Below are positions 42,545-52,193 of a DNA stretch of 64,000 nucleotides, in pieces. The stretch lies in the NCBI GenBank assembly GCA_038874075.1, contig JAVZDD010000001.1, positions 8,701 through 72,700 of the forward strand, in the 5' to 3' direction. Source of the stretch: Candidatus Nanoarchaeia archaeon. Lineage in GTDB: Archaea; Nanobdellota; Nanobdellia; Jingweiarchaeales; Jingweiarchaeaceae. A program made the position numbers and the translations under genes. Positions within the stretch are counted from its first letter, which is position 1. Each line of letters begins with the position of its first letter. The notes under the pieces are model-generated. The model was not told the origin of the DNA. It was given only the letters and a program-made list of their open reading frames with translations, and made no database searches.

Positions 42545-44203
42545 CTACCAATAAATAGTATAATTTATATTTTTAGCTTTTTCGTATTCTGAAATAAGGT
42601 CTTTTTTACTCACCTCTGTTTTTATGATGTTCCACGGAAGTACTTCAGCAAATTCTCTTTTTCTGAGATAGAACCTTAAGCTCCTCTTGTTCAATTTGAG
42701 TGCTTTATACCATGCGTCCAAATCATTCCCAAGTTTGTATGCATCATAAAGAATTTTACCTGCGATTCTGTCACCCCTAACCAGAATACCCTCAATGACA
42801 AGTTGTTCTTTTGTCATTAGTTCCACTTTTGTATTTTTCATTTTTCCTACTTTACTTTTTATAAAATTGATTTTTTTCATGTATTCGTTGTAACTTAATT
42901 GTCTATCCCATTGAAAGGGAGTAAATGGTTTTTTAATGTGGCAATTTATGTGAAGGATTAATTTTATTCCTTTTCCACCATACTCATCCAATTTCTTTCT
43001 AACTTTTTTTATGAGATCTGCTAATTCTTCTAGGTCTTTTTTTGTTTCGAATGGAAATCCTATAATTAGGAATAATTGTAATTTTGGAATTCCCATTTTA
43101 ACAAACATTTTAATTGAGTTAAACAGTTGATCATCGCTAATCATCTTATTTATCTTATACCTCAATCTTAAACTTGTCTCCGGAGCAATCGTGAATATGT
43201 CATTGTCTATAAGCTCCAAAAATGATGCTGAAAGCATATCCGCACGTTGTGATCCAACAATTATCTTATATCCCATTCCCTTAAGCTTTTTCAATACATA
43301 CAAAATGTCTGGATGTGCATCTTCTGATGGAGCAATCAATCTTATTTTATCTGTGTAATTTCTCAATTTTCTTGCTATTTTTATGATGATCTCTTTCTTT
43401 CTGAAACGTTGAGGTCTGAACATATAACTCAACATACAAAATCTACACCCTCGATTACAACCTCTTGCGATTTCAATCGAACAAAGATTTGATTCAAGAG
43501 AAAAAGGAGAAACAATGAAATGTTGGAAATAGTTTATGTTGTTTGTATATCTTTTTTCTACTTTACTTGCAGCTGGCGCTATAGTTACTATTCTACTTAT
43601 TTTATTGTCGTTTGAATATTTGATCTTGTATAAGGATGGTACATAAACACCTTTTATTTTTGCGAACTCTCTCAAAATTTCACTTTTCTTTTTGTTTCTA
43701 TACTTTTTATACACTTTCAATAATTCTTTAATTGTATCTTCGGCCTCTCCTATTACAAATACATCAAAAAAAAGTGAAAGTGGTTCAGGGTTATATGATG
43801 CACATGTACCTCCGCCAATTATGATTGGTCTCTCTCTTTCACTTGCAAAGACCGGTATTCCGGTGTTTTCTAGTATTTTTAATATATTTGGATATAACAA
43901 TTCATAATGCAGCGTGAAACTGATAACTTCAAATTCTTTGAGTTTCGTCTGTGTTTCTATGGTTAATACTTCCTTCTCTTTTTTCTGTAAGAAGAATCGT
44001 TCACAAAAAGTATCTTTATCTCTGTTCAACAGAAAATAAATCAGCTGAAATCCAACACATAACATCCCATACTTGTATTCATCTGGATAACCATGGGCCC
44101 ATCTAATCAAATTTTTTCTTTTCAAAAGTGCAATCTTATTTTTAATATTAACTGGGTTACCTTTTTCTGATCTCAATAATTTCTTTAAATATTCCCTATA
44201 CAT
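42545..44203 (-). CDS. B12-binding-type radical SAM protein (TIGR03960-like)
   Basis: YPD.Y..GM, CERFF, GG....NPEP, IGEAE, EIARGCNRGCRFC, TIAPE, K..TPFQW, LPW. Confidence 0.85.
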   Translation of the reverse strand: MYREYLKKLLRSEKGNPVNIKNKIALLKRKNLIRWAHGYPDEYKYGMLCVGFQLIYFLLNRDKDTFCERFFLQKKEKEVLTIETQTKLKEFEVISFTLHYELLYPNILKILENTGIPVFASERERPIIIGGGTCASYNPEPLSLFFDVFVIGEAEDTIKELLKVYKKYRNKKKSEILREFAKIKGVYVPSLYKIKYSNDNKISRIVTIAPAASKVEKRYTNNINYFQHFIVSPFSLESNLCSIEIARGCNRGCRFCMLSYMFRPQRFRKKEIIIKIARKLRNYTDKIRLIAPSEDAHPDILYVLKKLKGMGYKIIVGSQRADMLSASFLELIDNDIFTIAPETSLRLRYKINKMISDDQLFNSIKMFVKMGIPKLQLFLIIGFPFETKKDLEELADLIKKVRKKLDEYGGKGIKLILHINCHIKKPFTPFQWDRQLSYNEYMKKINFIKSKVGKMKNTKVELMTKEQLVIEGILVRGDRIAGKILYDAYKLGNDLDAWYKALKLNKRSLRFYLRKREFAEVLPWNIIKTEVSKKDLISEYEKAKNINYTIYW

Positions 44204-45429
44204 ATCTGCTCCCTTGCTTTTTTAAAATCTGAGATTATCCTTTTCTCATTTAGAAAAACTTTTTTATTTTTCATCAAAAATTTACCATTTACTAAAAGGT
44301 CTTCTGGTGCTGGTGACAATGAAATTATTTTTTTAATTAAAGATTGTTTTGAAAAAACATGGAATTTATTATTAAAAAATACAAAATCGGCACTCTTACC
44401 CACTTCAATGCTCCCGACTTCTTTCTCTACACCCAAACATTTTGCAGCATCTATTGTTATCAAATCTAATAGTTTTTGGTGATCTAAATTGTAATGTTCA
44501 TATGAGAAATTAGCGATGCTAAGTAAATTACATGTTTTTCCAGTTGCTAAACCATCACTAGCCAAAGAAATTTTTATTCCCTTCTCTAAAAATTTTTTAA
44601 TAGGTGGTAATTTGTTTTTTAGAAAAACATTTGAAATTGGACAAAACGAAACATTTGCGTTATTCTTTTTAATGATCTGAATTTCATTCTCGTCAACGTG
44701 AACACAATGGACAAGTAGAGTCCTGGATGAAATAAGTTTGTAAGATTCCATCACTTCGATTGGGTATTCACCATAAACTTCTTTTACTTTTTTTCTTTCA
44801 TCAAGTGTCTCATTTATGTGAATGGTTAGGAAGATGTTGTCATATTCATAAAATTTTTCCGAAATCATCTCTAAAATTTTTTCGTTTAAGAAGGGTAAAG
44901 AATGGAGCCAAATGCCAACTTTTATATTATTTGAATTGAATTCTTCAAATGTTTTATCAAATTTCTCTGGAAAATCTTTTAAATAAGTGCTTAATTTGTC
45001 AGAAAGCATTATTGGATATCCAAGAAAAGCCTTAAGATTCGATTTTTTCACATTTTCCCAGTTTCTTGCTGCTACAAAGAGAGATGTACCTGATTTTATT
45101 AACTCAAGCAATGAGTAATTAACTGTGGAGTTTTGAACAAATTTTTTATTTTTCACCTTCTTCCACATTTCCTCAGTTTTTTTGATGTAGTCATCCAACT
45201 TCATCTTTTTAATTAATCCTTTATATATCGTTTCACCAAGATGGAAATGTGTGTTTATGAAACTCGGAAGGACAATTTTTTTATTAAGATCAATGACAAT
45301 CTTTGCTTCTGATTCAGAATAATTACCAACTTTTTTTATTTTACCATCTTCTATCAAAATATCTCCTTCTATTACTTCCCTCTTTTTGTTCTGTGTAACA
45401 ATAATTCCATTCTTTAATATGAAGTCCAT
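44185..45429 (-). CDS. Amidohydrolase (SAH/MTA/5'-deoxyadenosine deaminase-like)
   Basis: NTHFH, IHINET, VHCVH, CP.SN, LASDG, GSIEVGK.AD. Confidence 0.88.
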   Translation of the reverse strand: MDFILKNGIIVTQNKKREVIEGDILIEDGKIKKVGNYSESEAKIVIDLNKKIVLPSFINTHFHLGETIYKGLIKKMKLDDYIKKTEEMWKKVKNKKFVQNSTVNYSLLELIKSGTSLFVAARNWENVKKSNLKAFLGYPIMLSDKLSTYLKDFPEKFDKTFEEFNSNNIKVGIWLHSLPFLNEKILEMISEKFYEYDNIFLTIHINETLDERKKVKEVYGEYPIEVMESYKLISSRTLLVHCVHVDENEIQIIKKNNANVSFCPISNVFLKNKLPPIKKFLEKGIKISLASDGLATGKTCNLLSIANFSYEHYNLDHQKLLDLITIDAAKCLGVEKEVGSIEVGKSADFVFFNNKFHVFSKQSLIKKIISLSPAPEDLLVNGKFLMKNKKVFLNEKRIISDFKKAREQICIGNI

Positions 45430-45432
45430 AAT

Positions 45433-46482
45433 TCACCTATGGATTGGCACGTATACAGTACACAAATACAATTCATGCACATTCCATTTTTTTGGTACAA
45501 AAATTTCAGTACTTTTAACTTCATCTGTCTGGAGAAAACAAAGTGGATCTGGCCCGTCAAAATGACCATATTCTAAATAAGAAGAACCAGCGCATCCTCC
45601 TTTACATTGTTGATAGATACTGCAGTTTATACATTTACCCCTTGGATTTCTTTCTCTAATTCTCTTGAAGATTTCCGAGTTCATTATTTCATCGATTGCT
45701 TTTTCTTTGATATTCCCACCACTTTCTTTGAGATATATACATGGACTTACCTCACCATCTGGTTGGATCCTAAAAGAGTAAGTGCCACAAGGGCAGCCAG
45801 CGAATGCCCCCTTGATTCCTGCATATGCTCTGAAAATTGGGTCAGATATACTTACTGTATCCATGCTAAGGGAAGCAAGGAATTGGTAAACTTTTTTTAA
45901 TGTTTCCTTATCCAACCTTAATTTTTCTATCATCTCTTCTCTACCAGTTGGTCTATATCTATTTATCCTCCAAGAATCAACTCTGAGTTTCTTACAAAGT
46001 TCATACATTTTTTCTAATGTTTTGATGTCAGAGTTCAATTTTGTTATGCAGGTAACTATCTCTACCTTTACACCATTTTCAACGAGTTTTTTAATCGTCT
46101 CTGTTGCTTTTTTGAAAGTCCCATTTACTCCTCTAAACCAATCATGTCTCCTCGCATCTGGAAAATCTAAGGAAACCCCGATGTCGTGAAATAGATTTAA
46201 GTTATGTTTTATTAATGAAAAGGTTGTTCCATTGGTCGTCAATGAAATTTTTATTTTAGAATTTTCAGCAATATATTTGCAAAGAGGAATAAAATCTCTT
46301 CTCAGTGGACATTCACCTCCACCAAAATTAATTGCAACCGTACCTGCACTTTTTAATTTTTTAACCACTTGTTTTGACTCTTCAAACGTGAGCTCATTCC
46401 TTCTAATGATGCCAGAATTGTTATAGCAATGTCTGCATCTAAGATTGCACAAATTAGTGAATGACCATCCGGCTATTAACAT
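45433..46482 (-). CDS. Radical SAM/SPASM domain protein
   Basis: CNLRCRHC, GGGE, TTNG, HD.FRG..G.F; SPASM CPCG..I.PDG.V.PC...CINC....CKGGC...C. ATG at 46482 (TTG at 46488 is the alternative). Confidence 0.93.
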   Translation of the reverse strand: MLIAGWSFTNLCNLRCRHCYNNSGIIRRNELTFEESKQVVKKLKSAGTVAINFGGGECPLRRDFIPLCKYIAENSKIKISLTTNGTTFSLIKHNLNLFHDIGVSLDFPDARRHDWFRGVNGTFKKATETIKKLVENGVKVEIVTCITKLNSDIKTLEKMYELCKKLRVDSWRINRYRPTGREEMIEKLRLDKETLKKVYQFLASLSMDTVSISDPIFRAYAGIKGAFAGCPCGTYSFRIQPDGEVSPCIYLKESGGNIKEKAIDEIMNSEIFKRIRERNPRGKCINCSIYQQCKGGCAGSSYLEYGHFDGPDPLCFLQTDEVKSTEIFVPKKWNVHELYLCTVYVPIHR

Positions 46483-46563
46483 GGTCAAAATATTTTTTGT
46501 ACTGTATATTTAAATATTTTACCATTAAATTTTTTATTAAGAAAAAACATATTTTTAGCAGAA

Positions 46564-47295
46564 ATGGAGAACATATTAGCAATATTTGTCAGTGTGGATT
46601 TGAATAGAAATTTGTACGGTATAAGTAAATATATTGGAGAAAAAAAGATAGAGAAGGTTTATCTGCTTTACAATAAATTGAATAACTTCTTTGGAAGAAA
46701 TTCAAGAGAGATCACAGATATTATTCAAGAAAAGTTGAATGGGATTATTGAATGCGAAAAATTTCCAATAAATCCAGAATCATTCGAAGAATGTTTTAAA
46801 GAACTTTATAAATTGATTAAAAAAGAAAGAAACAAAACCATTTATGTTGACGTTTCTTCAACCACTAAATCAGCTACAGTTGCCACATTTTCTCTTGCAT
46901 CAGTATTCAACATCATACCGTACATCGTGATTCCTGAAGAAAATAAAGAGACAAGTGAGGCATATATAAAAGTATTGAAAAAAATGAAGTATAGAAAAGG
47001 TATTGCGCTCTATGAAATACCAATTATCAAGAATGAAAAGATAATGAATGATAAGGAAGCAATGGTCCTAAAAATTTTGAAGAAAAATAAGGGAAAAGTG
47101 GAAGGGATGGGAAAAATATTGCGTCTATTTGGTAAAAAGGTAACAAAAAAAGAATTGACAAAACTTGGATATCTTTTAGAGAAAATGGAGAAAAAGAACT
47201 TGATAATTACAAAAAAAGAGGGAAGGATAGTAATCATCAAAATGACTCATTTTGGTAAACTTATAAGTGAGACGATACTAGAAGCAATGGAATAA
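46564..47295 (+). CDS. CARF-like domain plus wHTH transcriptional regulator (Csa3/DUF6293-like)
   Basis: N-terminal Rossmann-like KVYLL...IYVDVSSTTK (CARF D.S.G.K-like), YIVIP, and C-terminal wHTH LEKMEKKNLI....GR...KMT.FG. Confidence 0.75.
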   Translation: MENILAIFVSVDLNRNLYGISKYIGEKKIEKVYLLYNKLNNFFGRNSREITDIIQEKLNGIIECEKFPINPESFEECFKELYKLIKKERNKTIYVDVSSTTKSATVATFSLASVFNIIPYIVIPEENKETSEAYIKVLKKMKYRKGIALYEIPIIKNEKIMNDKEAMVLKILKKNKGKVEGMGKILRLFGKKVTKKELTKLGYLLEKMEKKNLIITKKEGRIVIIKMTHFGKLISETILEAME

Positions 47296-47354
47296 ACTTT
47301 ATTATACACGATTTACCGAAAGATATTTAAATAAAAAGTTATTACTTTAAAGTA

Positions 47355-48578
47355 ATGATAAAGAAATGCATTTTTTCAATCGTAATTTTATTACTCTTGA
47401 TTACTCCAGCGTGTGCTGTAAACTTCAAGCTAATTGATATCTCAACTGAAAGTGATGTAGTTCCACCTGGAAAGATATTCCTAACGAAATTGGATATCAA
47501 AAATTTCGACACGAGAAGTGCATATGTGTTCGTGAAATTCAAAGTGAACGATGATGTTTATGAGCAGGGACAGATTCTATACTTGCCTTCACTAGTTGAG
47601 ATTTTTCCAGCATTTTATGTACCCGCACCAAAAGAGCCTGGTTTTTTCAAATTAGAAGCGATTATCTATGATTACCAGAATTCATCGAATGTTTCTAAGA
47701 TGATGATCGTAAAGCCACTCATGTATGACTTCGCAGTAAGCCTTTATCCAATAAAAAATGGTACTTTTTCTGGTGAGAATACCTCATTTGTGCTTGAAAT
47801 GGCGAACATCGGTAATTATAATGATGTGTATACGATTGACCTATACGGTTGGGATAATTTTAAAATTGAAAATAGTAAAGTGAGCTTATATGCGAATTCT
47901 AAAAAAGATATAAGAATAGACGTCTATGTACCTCCTGAGACAAAGAAAGGAATTTACACAATAAGCGCGAAGGTCTGTTCGATAACAACACAAGTTTGTA
48001 AGATTGTGGAATCAAATTTATCTGTTGTGGCTTCAGAAAAAGAACAGAATATCGTGAGACTTGAGCAAACCACAAGTATAATAAAAAAAGATGAGAAAGC
48101 AATTTTTTCTTTCAGCATAAGAAACAAAGGAAATAGCAACAAGAACTACCTTATTCTCGTTGAACCAGCTCTTCCAGAAAATGAAACATGGGATGGGGAA
48201 TTAAAAATTGAACCCAATTCGTTTGTATTAAAGCCAAATGAAGAAATGAAGATTGGAGTTGAAATTGAGCCGAAGAAAATTGGAAATTTCAGCTTTTCTT
48301 ACCAGATATTTTCAAATGGTGTGATGATAGATGATGGAGTGCTTTCATTTGAATCAGTTGAAGTAATACCAATTGGATATGCTATAGCAAATATCTTCAA
48401 GCCATCCCCGACATCAATCTTAATTGCGCTTGTTTTAATCATTGCCATATTATTATACCTAAGATGGAGGGGAGTAATTTTTAAATCAAAGGGAGAATTA
48501 GTGGGTGAGCTTGAACCAATTACTGAGGAAAATGAAAAAACAGAAGAAACACCAATAAATTTCCCGCAAGAAAAATAA
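47355..48578 (+). CDS. Membrane-anchored surface protein with CARDB/NEW3-like Ig folds
   Basis: Signal peptide, N.GN..D.Y.I and N.GN....Y repeats, C-terminal TM. Confidence 0.8.
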   Translation: MIKKCIFSIVILLLLITPACAVNFKLIDISTESDVVPPGKIFLTKLDIKNFDTRSAYVFVKFKVNDDVYEQGQILYLPSLVEIFPAFYVPAPKEPGFFKLEAIIYDYQNSSNVSKMMIVKPLMYDFAVSLYPIKNGTFSGENTSFVLEMANIGNYNDVYTIDLYGWDNFKIENSKVSLYANSKKDIRIDVYVPPETKKGIYTISAKVCSITTQVCKIVESNLSVVASEKEQNIVRLEQTTSIIKKDEKAIFSFSIRNKGNSNKNYLILVEPALPENETWDGELKIEPNSFVLKPNEEMKIGVEIEPKKIGNFSFSYQIFSNGVMIDDGVLSFESVEVIPIGYAIANIFKPSPTSILIALVLIIAILLYLRWRGVIFKSKGELVGELEPITEENEKTEETPINFPQEK

Positions 48579-48612
48579 AGTTTAATAACTACTTCTTCTT
48601 TTTCTTATTAAC

Positions 48613-49131
48613 ATGGTGAAAGGGATACTGGTAGACAAAAAAGTAATCGTTGAAAATGAAGAGGATGCCAACACAATCTATAATAGAGGTAAGTATGGTG
48701 TAATAAAAAACAGAAAGCTTGAACTCTCCTTGGTTGAAGCATTATATCTGATTGAAAAAGGTGATTTGGAAGTTTACGATGAAAATGAGAATAAATTAGA
48801 ATTCAAAGAATTTATGAAAATAGCAAGTGAAAGAATTCCAAGATTTTACACAATATTTTCTGTTTATCGAGACATTAGATCAAGAGGTTACATCACGAAA
48901 ACAGCACTCAAATACGGTGCTGATTTCAGGGTATACGAAAGGGGTGCTGAGCCAGGAAAAGAGCATGCAAAGTGGATTTTATACTGCGTGCATGAAAGTG
49001 AGGAGTTTGATTGGAAGAAATTTAGCAGTATGAACAGAGTTGCGCATAGTGTAAGAAAAACATTATTAATAGGTGTTGTCGATGATGAAGGGGATGTAAC
49101 TTATTGGAACACAACTTGGTTGAAACCGTAG
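48613..49131 (+). CDS. endA: tRNA-splicing endonuclease (alpha4 type)
   Basis: LSLVEALYL, VYRDIRSRGY, KYGADFRVY, EHA, R.AHSVRK; Y-H-K triad present. Confidence 0.96.
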   Translation: MVKGILVDKKVIVENEEDANTIYNRGKYGVIKNRKLELSLVEALYLIEKGDLEVYDENENKLEFKEFMKIASERIPRFYTIFSVYRDIRSRGYITKTALKYGADFRVYERGAEPGKEHAKWILYCVHESEEFDWKKFSSMNRVAHSVRKTLLIGVVDDEGDVTYWNTTWLKP

Positions 49132-49141
49132 GTGATGAAAA

Positions 49142-49699
49142 ATAAAGAAAATTTATTTTTTGACTGGGAATAAAGAAAAATTTAAGGAAGCAAGTTCAAT
49201 ATTGGAAGCATATGGCGTATGTTTGGAACAAGTTAGTCTAGATATAAGGGAAGTACAGGAAATAGACGTTGAGGTCGTGACAAAGAAGAAAGCAGAGGAA
49301 GCAGTTAAACGACTTAGAAAACCTGTGATCGTTGAAGATACTGCACTTTATTTGAGAGCATTGAATGGATTTCCAGGTGCATTGATTGATTGGATGTTAA
49401 AAAGTATTGGGAACAATGGAATCATCAGGATCGTGAATGAATTTAAAGAAAGGAAAGCGATGGCTGTGACTTGTGTTGCGTTTTGCAAACCAGGAAAAAA
49501 ACCAGTCACTTTTGTCGGGGAGATAAACGGGAAAATAGCAAAGAAAGCAAAGGGTAAAGGTTTTGGCTGGGATCCAATATTCATACCAACTGGTCACAAA
49601 AGGACATTTGGTGAAATGAGTAAAAAGGAGAAGAATAAGATTTCAATGCGCAGAATTGCACTAGAAAAATTTGCCAAGTGGTTTCTAAGAGCCAGGTAA
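49142..49699 (+). CDS. rdgB: RdgB/HAM1 non-canonical purine NTP pyrophosphatase (start uncertain)
   Basis: KIYFLTGN..K, VEDT.L...LNGFPG, GFGWDPIF, K..IS.R. Confidence 0.92.
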   Translation: MKKIYFLTGNKEKFKEASSILEAYGVCLEQVSLDIREVQEIDVEVVTKKKAEEAVKRLRKPVIVEDTALYLRALNGFPGALIDWMLKSIGNNGIIRIVNEFKERKAMAVTCVAFCKPGKKPVTFVGEINGKIAKKAKGKGFGWDPIFIPTGHKRTFGEMSKKEKNKISMRRIALEKFAKWFLRAR

Positions 49700-49704
49700 A
49701 ATGA

Positions 49705-50280
49705 ATGAGGAAAATAATACTTGCGTCCAGTTCTCCAAGAAGAATTGAACTATTGAAAAAGCTCGGTATAAAATTTGATGTGATTCCAAGTAGAATCAGG
49801 GAAGCTGAAATTAAGATTAGAGACCCAATTAAATTTGCGAAGGAGCTAGCAGTCAGAAAGGCAAAAAGTGTTGCAAGGAAAGTTAAGAATGGAATCGTGA
49901 TTGGTGCTGATACTGTTGTTGTTCTTGATAGAGAGATAATTGGTAAACCAAAGAATGAGGAAGATGCAAAACAGATTTTAAAAAAATTGAGTGGTAGGAC
50001 ACACAAAGTTATCACAGCTTTGGCTGTAATTGATGCAAAAACAAAAAGGTTGGTCTGCGATGTTGAAATCACAAAATTGAAGTTCAGAAAAATGAGCGAG
50101 GAGAAGATAAAAGAATACGTAAAAAGTGGGGAAGGAATGGACAAGGCAGGTGCATATGCAATCCAAGGTAAAGGTATCTCTTTTTTAGAAAAAATTGAAG
50201 GCTCCTATTCAAATGTAATTGGACTGCCAATTTCTAAATTAGTTAGGTTACTAAAAAAATTTAATATTGAAGTTAATTAG
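49705..50280 (+). CDS. maf: Maf family nucleoside triphosphate pyrophosphatase
   Basis: ILASSSPRR, GADTVV, GKP, LSG..H, DKAGAYAIQG, NVIGLP. Confidence 0.96.
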   Translation: MRKIILASSSPRRIELLKKLGIKFDVIPSRIREAEIKIRDPIKFAKELAVRKAKSVARKVKNGIVIGADTVVVLDREIIGKPKNEEDAKQILKKLSGRTHKVITALAVIDAKTKRLVCDVEITKLKFRKMSEEKIKEYVKSGEGMDKAGAYAIQGKGISFLEKIEGSYSNVIGLPISKLVRLLKKFNIEVN

Positions 50281-50293
50281 TATAAGAGGTAAG

Positions 50294-50644
50294 ATGGTCG
50301 AAATTACAATTGTTATGTTGTCGTTGGTCATTGAAATAATAATTTGGGGTGTCGTCGGTTATTTCTGGTCAAGAGACAAAAAAGAATCAATAATAAATGC
50401 TTTAATAATTGCATTTTTAGGTTCTTTGGGTATTGGATTAATTACAAATTATGTCGTATTAACAACTCAAAACATCATCTTTCTAGTCATCGGTTTTTTC
50501 CTGAGTTTGATTATGGTTCCTTTGATTAGTGGTGTCATTGTCTTTGGTGATCTTAGAATTACAGTCTATTCATGGATAACAGTGATGGTAATCAAGTTCA
50601 TACTTTTTTTCGTAGGTGTGAGTTTATTCATAAGAACAAGTTGA
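50294..50644 (+). CDS. Small hypothetical multi-pass membrane protein
   Basis: About 4 hydrophobic helices; ATG at 50294 follows GAGGT. Confidence 0.65.
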   Translation: MVEITIVMLSLVIEIIIWGVVGYFWSRDKKESIINALIIAFLGSLGIGLITNYVVLTTQNIIFLVIGFFLSLIMVPLISGVIVFGDLRITVYSWITVMVIKFILFFVGVSLFIRTS

Positions 50645-50646
50645 CT

Positions 50647-51540
50647 TCACATTGCTCTGAGGATTCTTATCCTTTCTTGGATTGGTGGGTGTGTGGCAAA
50701 TAATGCATCTAATGGACTTCTATTTGGATCAACAAAGAAAAGGTGAGAAACCGCCTCACTCACATTCATACTTTTACCCATATTCATCTTCATTATTTTC
50801 TCTAATGCGCTTGCTAGCCCTTCTGGATACCTCGTCAATTTTGCAGCATCTGCATCTGCCAGAAATTCTCTTCTTCTGGATATCGCTGCTTGAACTAATC
50901 TCGTGGCAATTGGTGCAAATATCGCAAGAATAAGACCAATTATCAGGATTAAACCGGCACCTCTTTCTCCCCTTTCCCTTCTAAAACCAAACCTATAAGA
51001 GCGAAGTAACATGTGGCTAACAATTGCAACCAAACCAACTAACACAGCAACGAGTGTGGCGAACCTTATATCATAGTTTTTTATGTGTGAAATCTCATGA
51101 CCTATCACACCCTCTAATTCCATCCGATTCAGATTTTTCAATAGTGCCGTTGTAACTGCAATTGAAGAATGCGCTGGGTCCTTACCTGTTGCGAATGCAT
51201 TCATTTCATCACTTTCGATCACATATACCTTTGGTTTTGGTATCCCAGCAGCGATGCTCAAACCTTCAACAGTATTTATCAGATAAGCGTGTTCCCTTTC
51301 ATTCGCAGGTTTGGCATCTGTGGCAGCGAGCACAATCTCATCTCCGTAGTTGTAAGAAATAAAGATGTATGAAATTGCGATAATAAAAGCAAAGATGATG
51401 AAGATTGCGCTGAGCTCGGGTGCAAATATCAAACTGATCACATAAAAAAGAGCAAGAAGAAATATGAAAACAAGAATTACAAGAAAGATCGAGTCCCTCT
51501 TATTTTTCTCTATTTGTTCATAAAAACTTATTCTTTCCAT
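50647..51540 (-). CDS. htpX: Zn metalloprotease HtpX (M48)
   Basis: NAFATG, HEISH, SRRREFLAD, LASAL.KI, THPP..ERI. Confidence 0.95.
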   Translation of the reverse strand: MERISFYEQIEKNKRDSIFLVILVFIFLLALFYVISLIFAPELSAIFIIFAFIIAISYIFISYNYGDEIVLAATDAKPANEREHAYLINTVEGLSIAAGIPKPKVYVIESDEMNAFATGKDPAHSSIAVTTALLKNLNRMELEGVIGHEISHIKNYDIRFATLVAVLVGLVAIVSHMLLRSYRFGFRRERGERGAGLILIIGLILAIFAPIATRLVQAAISRRREFLADADAAKLTRYPEGLASALEKIMKMNMGKSMNVSEAVSHLFFVDPNRSPLDALFATHPPIQERIRILRAM

Positions 51541-51542
51541 TT

Positions 51543-52097
51543 CTATTCAAACTTCACTTTCACTGGCTCTCTCTCTTTTTCTTCTATCTCAAAAAACGGT
51601 CTCGTCTTCCTTCCCATCAATGAAGCAAACCAAACCCCAGGTATTGTTGTGACTAGGTTGTTATATTCAAGTGTTGAATCATTGAAAAACTGCCTGGCAT
51701 ATGCAATCTTGCTCTCAATCCCATCCAATTGTTCCTGCAGAAGCTTGAAATTCTCGCTTGCTCTCAATTGTGGATAGTTTTCAGCTATTGCAAATATCGT
51801 TTTTAATGCCCTTGTCAACTCTCCCTCTGCTCTTATTCTTTCACTTATGTTACCTGCCTTCATCATGTTTTCTCTTGCCTTTGTTACCATCTCAATTGCT
51901 TTCTTTTCATGCGCCATGTAACCCTTCACTGTTTCAACTAGATTTGGAACTAGGTCTGCCCTTTTTTTTAACTGCACATCTATCTGTGACCAAGCATTGT
52001 CAATCCTGTTTGAAAGCACAATTATTTTGTTTATGTAGTAAACACATATGAATGCTAGAATGACAACCACGCCAACAATTATCCAAAACAAACTCAT
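51543..52097 (-). CDS. lemA: LemA family protein
   Basis: AWSQIDVQLKKRADLVPNLVETVKGY, AENYPQL.A..NF..LQ. Confidence 0.96.
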   Translation of the reverse strand: MSLFWIIVGVVVILAFICVYYINKIIVLSNRIDNAWSQIDVQLKKRADLVPNLVETVKGYMAHEKKAIEMVTKARENMMKAGNISERIRAEGELTRALKTIFAIAENYPQLRASENFKLLQEQLDGIESKIAYARQFFNDSTLEYNNLVTTIPGVWFASLMGRKTRPFFEIEEKEREPVKVKFE

Positions 52098-52193
52098 GCA
52101 ATCACCTTTTATTTAAGGTGTTATATAAACTTAAATATTTTATGCGTACGTTAAACGATAAGTTAAAATTTTCATTTTTACTATTAAATTCAC

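Noticed and set aside
46506..46517. Perfect palindrome ATATTTAAATAT as a possible operator for the CARF-like regulator
   Set aside because: The same or a near-identical string occurs upstream of rps15 (about 31083) and at about 47323, so it is more simply a TATA box.
37562..47295. tRNA-Gly as an integration site for an island
   Set aside because: No integrase and no duplicated tRNA 3' end was seen in the window.
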